Assembly: GCF_000016745.1 (NCBI RefSeq)
Contig: NC_009483.1
Span: forward strand, 4,320,001 to 4,352,000
DNA length: 32,000 nucleotides
Source: Geotalea uraniireducens Rf4
GTDB taxonomy: Bacteria > Desulfobacterota > Desulfuromonadia > Geobacterales > Geobacteraceae
Reading direction: 5' to 3'
The notes under the pieces are model-generated. The model did not search any database. It saw only the letters and a list, made by a program, of their open reading frames with translations, and was not told the DNA's origin. Position numbers and translations under genes: made by a program. Below, one piece after another: positions 7,954-14,429 of this stretch (positions within the stretch are counted from its first letter, which is position 1; each line of letters opens with the position of its first letter).

Positions 7954-8847
7954 ATGAATCCCCCCACCATCGCCATAAAAGTAGACGTGGACACCTACAT
8001 CGGCACCCGTGACGGGGTGCCGAAACTCCTGGAGATCATGGAACGCCTCGGCATCCGGGCAACCTTTTATTTCTCCATGGGGCCGGACAACTCCGGCAAG
8101 GCGATCCGCCGCATCTTCACCAGGAAGGGTTTCCTGAAAAAGATGCTCCGCACCCGTGCACCCTCCGTCTATGGCCTGCGGACCATGCTCTATGGCACCA
8201 TCTTGCCACCACCGATCATCGCCACCGCCTTCCCCGATGTCCTGCGCAACACGGTGGCCATGGGCCATGAAACCGGCATCCATTGCTGGGACCATGTAAA
8301 ATGGCACGACCTGCTGCCGTGGATGCCGAAAAAGACCGTGGCCATGGAACTTGGCCGGGCATTCGCCCTCTATGAGGAAATCATGGGATGTCGGCCGAAA
8401 ACCACGGCAGCGCCGGGCTGGACGGTGTCCGCCGACTCACTGGAGATACAGGACGCCATGGCCCTCTCTTATTGCAGCGATTCCCGCGGCTCAGGCCCAT
8501 TTTACCCGCTGATGGACAGCAGGCAGTTCAACACCCTCCAGATCCCCACGACCTGGCCGACCATGGACGAGCTCCTGGGAGAAAACGGCATAACCGCGGA
8601 TAATATCAACGATCATTACCTTGCATGCCTGAAACCGGGTCTCAATGTCCACACCATCCATGCAGAGCTGGAAGGAAAGGCGATGGCGCCCCAGTTCATC
8701 GATCTTATAAAGCGCCTCCAGCAGCGCAACGTGCGTTTCATCACCCTGGCCGATGCCGCAGGGGAATTTGCCACAGCAGCCGTCGAGTCCCCCCTCGCCA
8801 TGGGGGAATTGACCGGGCGCGCCGGACTGGTCGCCATCCAGGGATAG
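7954..8847 (+). CDS. arnD: 4-deoxy-4-formamido-L-arabinose-phosphoundecaprenol deformylase (polysaccharide deacetylase family)
   Basis: IKVDVDTYIGTRDGVPKLLEIMERLGIRATFYFSMGPDN, HCWDH and TIHAELEG are colinear with E. coli ArnD ([43 protein letters not shown]). Confidence 0.9.
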   Translation: MNPPTIAIKVDVDTYIGTRDGVPKLLEIMERLGIRATFYFSMGPDNSGKAIRRIFTRKGFLKKMLRTRAPSVYGLRTMLYGTILPPPIIATAFPDVLRNTVAMGHETGIHCWDHVKWHDLLPWMPKKTVAMELGRAFALYEEIMGCRPKTTAAPGWTVSADSLEIQDAMALSYCSDSRGSGPFYPLMDSRQFNTLQIPTTWPTMDELLGENGITADNINDHYLACLKPGLNVHTIHAELEGKAMAPQFIDLIKRLQQRNVRFITLADAAGEFATAAVESPLAMGELTGRAGLVAIQG

Positions 8848-8851
8848 GAAT

Positions 8852-9130
8852 ATGATGGATACCGTAACGAGATATTTCCAGATTCACCGCCGCGATCTTG
8901 TATTCATGAAGTTCATCCTTGAGGCCTACGAAGGGCTTTCCACGCTGAGCACCGAGGACCGGGACAAGGGGATCGTCCGGCTGAACGTTCCACAGCCATT
9001 CAACGATGACGTTGACGCACTGATAGAAGCGCTGCGCATGGAAATATCCATTACTGAGGTAGAATTGCCTGAAGGCTCGATTGTGGAGCCAGCACCCCAA
9101 CCCTGCAAGGAGGGATTGTACCATGCTTGA
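8852..9130 (+). CDS. small soluble hypothetical protein, DUF4911-like
   Basis: A 92-aa ORF starts 4 nt after the arnD stop, and its last 8 nt overlap the tldD ATG. RRDLVFMKFILEAYEGLSTLST resembles my recollection of the DUF4911 family. This was not verified. Confidence 0.55.
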   Translation: MMDTVTRYFQIHRRDLVFMKFILEAYEGLSTLSTEDRDKGIVRLNVPQPFNDDVDALIEALRMEISITEVELPEGSIVEPAPQPCKEGLYHA

Positions 9131-10505
9131 CGGTTTTGATTGCGCAAAAATCCTGCGACGGGCACTCGCCGGCGGAGGTGAATTCGCCGACATCTATTTT
9201 GAGGAAGGCGCATCCACGGTCATCGCCTGCGAAGACGGCAAGATCGAAAAAGTGATGGCCGGAGCAGACCGCGGCGTCGGCATCCGTGTCATCTCCGACC
9301 TGAGAACCGCCTACGCCTTTACCAACGACGTGACCGAAACCGCCCTGTTGTCCCTGGCGGAAACGGTAAGCAGGGCGGTTAAGGGAAAAATGTTCGAAGG
9401 CGCCATCGATCTGCGGCAGAAGACCGTGGGGAGCGGATTCCCCATCCTGCTCCCCCCGACCGGGGTAGCCTTGCAGGACAAGGTCGCCACGGTGACAACG
9501 GCCGACAGGACCGCGAGGGGGGTGGATCCAAGGATTCGCCAGGTCACGGCAGTTTACCGTGACGGCACGCTCAAGGCTCAGGTCGTCAACTCGTTGGGCG
9601 AGTTCACCGAATCCTTCCGAACCGGTACAGTTTTTATGGTTCAAGTGGTTGCGGCCGATGGCAACCTCATTCAAACAGGCTATGAGCCGCTCGGCGGGTT
9701 CCGCGGTTTCGAGATTTTTCAGCAGAAGAGTCCCGAAGAACTGGCTCTGACGGCAGCTAAACGAGGGCTGATGATGCTCGGCGCCCGCAAGGCGCCGGGC
9801 GGCATGATGCCGGTTGTCCTCTCTTCTGAGGCGGGAGGCACCATGGTCCATGAAGCCATCGGTCACGGCCTGGAAGCTGACCTGGCGCTGACGGGCATGT
9901 CGGTCTATTCCGGTAAAATCGGTCTTGAGGTTGCGTCCCCACTGGTTACCGTGATTGACGACGCAACCATCCCCAACGCCCGCGGCTCTTTCTCCTTCGA
10001 CGACGAAGGGACACCGGGACAGCGCACCGTTCTGGTTGAAAACGGCATCTTGAAGGGATACCTGTACGACAGACTGAACGCCATGAAAGACGGCTGTAAA
10101 TCAACCGGCAACGGCAGGCGGGAATCGTACCAGGCGAAGCCGATCGTTCGCATGAGCAATACCCTCATCGCACCGGGCGCAACCCCGCCGGAGGAGATAA
10201 TAAAGGGCGTGGCGCAAGGGCTCTTCGTCAGGAACATGGGAGGGGGGCAGGTAAACACGGTCAATGGGAATTTCGTTTTCGAGGTGTCGGAAGGCTATCT
10301 CATCGAAAACGGCAGAGTCACCGAGCCGGTCCGTGGCGCAACACTCACCGGCAACGGTCCCGAAGTGTTGAAAAAGATTACCATGGTAGGCAACGATCTT
10401 GGATTCGGCATCGGCACCTGCGGCAAGGAAGGACAGGGTGTGCCGGTTTCCGACGCCCAACCGACCCTGCTCATCTCCGGGATCACGGTAGGGGGCGCTG
10501 CGTAA
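9123..10505 (+). CDS. tldD: metalloprotease TldD
   Basis: The HEAIGHGLEAD metal-binding motif, GNGRRESY and a length of about 460 aa all fit TldD. AAGGAGGG lies 8 nt upstream of ATG 9123. The track start 9081 was rejected. Confidence 0.85.
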   Translation: MLDGFDCAKILRRALAGGGEFADIYFEEGASTVIACEDGKIEKVMAGADRGVGIRVISDLRTAYAFTNDVTETALLSLAETVSRAVKGKMFEGAIDLRQKTVGSGFPILLPPTGVALQDKVATVTTADRTARGVDPRIRQVTAVYRDGTLKAQVVNSLGEFTESFRTGTVFMVQVVAADGNLIQTGYEPLGGFRGFEIFQQKSPEELALTAAKRGLMMLGARKAPGGMMPVVLSSEAGGTMVHEAIGHGLEADLALTGMSVYSGKIGLEVASPLVTVIDDATIPNARGSFSFDDEGTPGQRTVLVENGILKGYLYDRLNAMKDGCKSTGNGRRESYQAKPIVRMSNTLIAPGATPPEEIIKGVAQGLFVRNMGGGQVNTVNGNFVFEVSEGYLIENGRVTEPVRGATLTGNGPEVLKKITMVGNDLGFGIGTCGKEGQGVPVSDAQPTLLISGITVGGAA

Positions 10506-10524
10506 CTGTGTTTCGGATGATTGT

Positions 10525-11391
10525 TTACCCTTTTTTCATCGCCACGGGTGAATAGGGATAATCGCGGAGATGCTCGGCCAGTTCCTCCCTGCTGTAATGG
10601 TTCGCCCTGCGTATGATCAGCACAACGGAAATAGCGACCGGCAGGGTGAAAATGAAGATGCCGGTCATGGCCATCAGGTTCTCGCCGATAATCAGCGTCA
10701 CGGCGAGGTTGAAGATCAGCACGGAGAGGTAGAGTAGCGGGCCGAACAGGGCGCGAAAAGGGAAGGAACGGACGCCGGCAGGCTTTTCCCCCCTCTTGTC
10801 CAGCCGAAAGTCTATCCTTTGCAGGGCGAATATCATGACCGCGCTCACCAGCCACCAGCCGGCGTAGTTGGAGAAAGGAACACCGAAATGATACCCGGCT
10901 TCCCGGTAGCCGTAAATCCGGCCGAGAAACCAGCGGTGTCCCTGGAGCGCCACCGGGTCGATGATGATGTCGAGAAAGGCCTGAAACAGCGAACCGAGCA
11001 AGAGGACGGAAAAGGATTTACGTATGGAACGGGTTTCAAGGGTGACAAAGTCCCAGCACCGCGCCTTGACCGGTGACACCACCAGAAGCGCTGTGCTGTA
11101 GCTGCAATAGGCAAGAAACACGTAGGAAAGGGAGTCGAAAAAGGGAACCCCGGCTATCCAGAGCTCCCTGTTTTTGGTCGCCTCGATGTAGTAGTACCAG
11201 CCGTAGGGAAAACCGGTATTTATTGAAGAGAACTCCGAGAGAAAGGATAAAAGATAGCCGGCAAACGTAAAATAAAGGGTTTTTCTCCAGCCGATATGGG
11301 TAACGGCCGCCACCAGGTAAGCGGCAAAGAAAGCGAACACGTACGGTCGCATGGTAACGGTGCCGACCGCTATAGATAAAACATCCGCCAT
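10525..11391 (-). CDS. polytopic membrane protein, DUF422/carotenoid-biosynthesis-protein family-like
   Basis: The protein has about 8 hydrophobic segments. NTGFPYGWYYY, IDPVAL and GVPFSNYAGWW resemble the PF04240-type family as I remember it. GGAGAGG lies upstream of the ATG. Confidence 0.5.
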   Translation of the reverse strand: MADVLSIAVGTVTMRPYVFAFFAAYLVAAVTHIGWRKTLYFTFAGYLLSFLSEFSSINTGFPYGWYYYIEATKNRELWIAGVPFFDSLSYVFLAYCSYSTALLVVSPVKARCWDFVTLETRSIRKSFSVLLLGSLFQAFLDIIIDPVALQGHRWFLGRIYGYREAGYHFGVPFSNYAGWWLVSAVMIFALQRIDFRLDKRGEKPAGVRSFPFRALFGPLLYLSVLIFNLAVTLIIGENLMAMTGIFIFTLPVAISVVLIIRRANHYSREELAEHLRDYPYSPVAMKKG

Positions 11392-11405
11392 AAACCTCTC
11401 CTCGC

Positions 11406-12730
11406 GGGCCTGTCAATAGTTTTGTGTAAATGGTTTTGGTTCCCTGTTTTTAATAGCTTGGCATTCTGTCTTCAAAAAGAATGGAAAAGCGGTTCATGGC
11501 AGCTTTCCAGTCTCTGATCGGCAGGGTCCATTTCTTCGCGATGTTTCTCAGCGCCAGGTATAGTAACTTGAACATTGCCTCATCATTGGGAAACGAGCCC
11601 CGGTTTTTGGTCACCTTTCTGAGTGACATATTCAGTGATTCAATGGCATTGGTTGTGTAAATAACCTTTCGTATATCAGCTGGATAGGCAAAAAATGGTA
11701 TAACTTGCGCCCAGTTCCGGCGCCAGGACTGGCTGATCGTCGGGTGTGTTTTGTCCCATTTTGCCTCAAATGCTGTCAGTTCCATTTCGGCCTGCTCAGC
11801 GGTCGCTGACTGGTAGATAACCTTCAAATCTGTCGCAACTTCTTTGCGTTGTTTCCACGAAACGAACTTCAAGGAATTGCGTACCATATGGACGATGCAA
11901 AGTTGGACTTGAGTGTTGGGATAAACTATTTCTATGGCCTCAGGGAACCCCTTCAGGCCGTCAACGCAGGCAATGAAGATGTCTTGGACACCACGGTTCT
12001 TAAGTTCGGTCACAACCTGCAACCAGAACTTGGCTCCTTCGTTTTCGGAGACCCACATTCCCAGAACTTCCTTGGCACCGTCTATGTTGATGCCGATGGC
12101 CAGATAGACAGCCTTGTTCACAACATGGCCATTGCCTCTGGCTTTGACCCTGATGGCATCCATGTAAACGATGGGATAAAGCGCATCCAACGGGCGGTTC
12201 TGCCAAGCTTTGACCTCTTCAGCTACTGCTTCAGTCACTATTGAAATCAGAGCGGGGGATACTTCAACACCGTAGATTTCCTCCAAGTGTCCCTGGATCT
12301 CACGAGTGGTAAGCCCGCGGGAGTACAGGGAGATAATCTTATCATCGAACTCGGCGAACCGGGTTTGGCCTTTGGGAATGATGACTGGTTCAAAGCTGCT
12401 ATCCCGGTCACGAGGGACCTCAATCGGCATGGTGCCAAAATCGCCTTTGATGGTCTTTGCCGACGAGCCATTGCGTGCATTGCCACCTTTGGCGGAAACG
12501 GAAGCATGCTTCTCGTGGCCGAGGTGCAGTGTCATTTCAGCCTGGAGCGCCCGCTGAAGAACAGCCTTGGTCAACTGCTTCAGCAGCCCGTTTTCCCCTA
12601 GAATCTCTTCGGGGGTCTTATAATGTTTGAGTAGATCGTCGATTACGTCGGTGTTAATAGTCATGTGATCTCCTTAGGGTAACTTGGTGTACCCCCTAAT
12701 GACCATTTACACAAACCTTTTTACACCCTC
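11406..12730 (-). mobile_element. IS256-family insertion sequence, copy 1 (1325 bp)
   Basis: The imperfect ~29-bp terminal IRs are GAGGGTGTAAAAAGGTTTGTGTAAATGGT and GGGCCTGTCAATAGTTTTGTGTAAATGGT. The element is flanked by the 8-bp direct repeat CTCCTCGC (11398-11405 and 12731-12738). Confidence 0.9.
11450..12664 (-). CDS. IS256-family (Mutator-type) transposase
   Basis: The 404-aa ORF fills the IS. KQLTKAVLQRALQAEMTLHLG, IISLYSRGLTTREI, ALYPIVYMDAI and YTTNAIESLN are typical of IS256 transposases. Confidence 0.9.
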   Translation of the reverse strand: MTINTDVIDDLLKHYKTPEEILGENGLLKQLTKAVLQRALQAEMTLHLGHEKHASVSAKGGNARNGSSAKTIKGDFGTMPIEVPRDRDSSFEPVIIPKGQTRFAEFDDKIISLYSRGLTTREIQGHLEEIYGVEVSPALISIVTEAVAEEVKAWQNRPLDALYPIVYMDAIRVKARGNGHVVNKAVYLAIGINIDGAKEVLGMWVSENEGAKFWLQVVTELKNRGVQDIFIACVDGLKGFPEAIEIVYPNTQVQLCIVHMVRNSLKFVSWKQRKEVATDLKVIYQSATAEQAEMELTAFEAKWDKTHPTISQSWRRNWAQVIPFFAYPADIRKVIYTTNAIESLNMSLRKVTKNRGSFPNDEAMFKLLYLALRNIAKKWTLPIRDWKAAMNRFSILFEDRMPSY

Positions 12731-12739
12731 CTCCTCGCG

Positions 12740-12764
12740 AAAAAATGGCGCGTAACGCGCCATT
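12740..12764 (-). terminator. rho-independent terminator (minus strand)
   Basis: The minus strand reads AATGGCGCG-TTA-CGCGCCATT followed by TTTTTT. This is a 9-bp perfect stem with a 3-nt loop. It lies downstream (minus sense) of the mla-like operon and the heptamer array. Confidence 0.65.
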
Positions 12765-12925
12765 CACTCTTCACTCTTCACTCTTCACTCTTCACTCTTC
12801 ACTCTTCACTCTTCACTCTTCACTCTTCACTCTTCACTCTTCACTCTTCACTCTTCACTCTTCACTCTTCACTCTTCACTCTTCACTCTTCACTCTTCAC
12901 TCTTCACTCTTCACTCTTCACTCTT
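12765..12925. repeat. perfect heptanucleotide microsatellite (CACTCTT)x23
   Basis: I counted 23 uninterrupted perfect units (161 bp) plus a partial CA. The 81-aa FTLHSSL-repeat ORF in the track is its translation artefact. Confidence 0.97.
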
Positions 12926-12947
12926 CAATGCTTTTACCCTATAAAAA

Positions 12948-13054
12948 CCACGAATTTCACGAATTTGCACGAATATACAAGCTCTTGTGATGCAGAAGAC
13001 ACTTACCAGATCGGTGACTACTCAAGATTAAACAAGGGGTTAAAAACATTCGTG
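12948..13054. repeat. CACGAAT-triplet palindromic element, left arm plus core (right arm split by IS copy 2; remainder at 14380..14407)
   Basis: CCACGAAT-TT-CACGAAT-TTG-CACGAAT (12948-12974) mirrors CATTCGTG-TTT-ATTCGTG-TC-ATTCGTGG (14380-14407). CATTCGTG at 13047-13054 is the IS target duplication. Confidence 0.7.
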
Positions 13055-14379
13055 GAGGGTGTAAAAAGGTTTGTGTAAATGGTCATTAGGGGGTACACCA
13101 AGTTACCCTAAGGAGATCACATGACTATTAACACCGACGTAATCGACGACCTGCTCAAACATTACAAGACCCCCGAAGAGATTCTAGGGGAAAACGGGCT
13201 GCTGAAGCAATTGACCAAGGCTGTTCTTCAGCGGGCGCTCCAGGCTGAAATGACACTGCATCTCGGCCACGAGAAGCATGCTTCCGTTTCCGCCAAGGGT
13301 GGCAATGCACGCAATGGCTCGTCGGCAAAGACCATCAAAGGCGATTTCGGCACCATGCCGATTGAGGTCCCTCGTGACCGGGATAGCAGCTTTGAACCAG
13401 TCATCATTCCCAAGGGCCAAACCCGGTTCGCCGAGTTCGATGATAAGATTATCTCTCTGTACTCCCGCGGGCTTACCACTCGTGAGATCCAGGGTCACTT
13501 GGAGGAAATCTACGGAGTTGAGGTATCCCCCGCCCTGATTTCAATAGTGACTGAAGCAGTAGCTGAAGAGGTCAAAACCTGGCAGAACCGCCCGTTGGAT
13601 GCGCTTTATCCCATCGTCTACATGGATGCCATCAGGGTCAAAGCCAGAGGCAATGGCCATGTTGTGAACAAGGCTGTCTATCTGGCCATCGGCATCAACA
13701 CAGACGGCGCCAAAGAAGTTCTGGGAATGTGGGTTTCCGAGAACGAAGGTGCCAAGTTCTGGCTTCAGGTTGTTACCGAACTAAAGAACCGTGGTGTCCA
13801 GGACATCTTCATTGCCTGCGTTGACGGCCTAAAGGGGTTCCCTGAGGCCATAGAGACCGTTTTCCCGAACACTCAGGTCCAGCTTTGCATCGTCCACATG
13901 GTACGCAACTCTTTGAAATTCGTCTCGTGGAAGCAGCGTAAAGAGGTCGCTGCTGATCTGAAGGTAATCTACCAGTCGGCGACAGCAGAGCAGGCCGAAA
14001 TGGAACTGACGGCATTTGAGGCGAAGTGGGATAAAACGCACCCGACTATCGGCCAGTCATGGCGCCGGAACTGGGAGCAAATCACGCCTTTTTTCGCTTA
14101 TCCTGCTGATATCAGAAAGGTTATCTATACCACCAACGCCATTGAATCCCTGAATATGTCGCTCAGAAAGGTGACCAAAAACCGGGGTTCGTTTCCCAAT
14201 GACGAGGCAATGCTCAAGCTACTTTATCTGGCGCTGAAAAACATCGCGAAGAAATGGACCCTGCCGATCAGGGACTGGAAGGCTGCGATGAATCGCTTTT
14301 CCATCCTTTTTGAAGACAGAATGCCAAGCTATTAAAAACCGGGAACCAAAACCATTTACACAAAACTATTGACAGGCCC
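13055..14379 (+). mobile_element. IS256-family insertion sequence, copy 2 (1325 bp)
   Basis: The ends and internal offsets match copy 1 (66 nt to the ATG, 44 nt after the stop). The element is flanked by the 8-bp direct repeat CATTCGTG (13047-13054 and 14380-14387). Confidence 0.9.
13121..14335 (+). CDS. IS256-family (Mutator-type) transposase
   Basis: The 404-aa protein differs from the copy 1 protein at about 11 positions (for example KAWQ/KTWQ, INID/INTD, EIVYP/ETVFP, ISQSW/IGQSW). Confidence 0.9.
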   Translation: MTINTDVIDDLLKHYKTPEEILGENGLLKQLTKAVLQRALQAEMTLHLGHEKHASVSAKGGNARNGSSAKTIKGDFGTMPIEVPRDRDSSFEPVIIPKGQTRFAEFDDKIISLYSRGLTTREIQGHLEEIYGVEVSPALISIVTEAVAEEVKTWQNRPLDALYPIVYMDAIRVKARGNGHVVNKAVYLAIGINTDGAKEVLGMWVSENEGAKFWLQVVTELKNRGVQDIFIACVDGLKGFPEAIETVFPNTQVQLCIVHMVRNSLKFVSWKQRKEVAADLKVIYQSATAEQAEMELTAFEAKWDKTHPTIGQSWRRNWEQITPFFAYPADIRKVIYTTNAIESLNMSLRKVTKNRGSFPNDEAMLKLLYLALKNIAKKWTLPIRDWKAAMNRFSILFEDRMPSY

Positions 14380-14429
14380 CATTCGTGTTTATTCGTGTCA
14401 TTCGTGGCTAACTGTCGTTTTTGGGTTTA

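Noticed and set aside
12765-12925. Possible CRISPR array
   Set aside because: The units are 7 nt and directly abutting with no spacers. No cas genes or leader are present.
12745-12990. 81-aa ORF encoding FTLHSSL repeats
   Set aside because: It is simply the in-frame reading of the (CACTCTT)23 array (3 units equal 21 nt). There is no RBS, the start lies inside a terminator hairpin, and any slippage not a multiple of three units would shift the frame.
11406-14379. Composite transposon formed by the two IS256 copies
   Set aside because: Each IS has its own matching 8-bp duplication, and the outermost flanks (CTCCTCGC versus CATTCGTG) differ. The pair therefore did not arrive as one unit.
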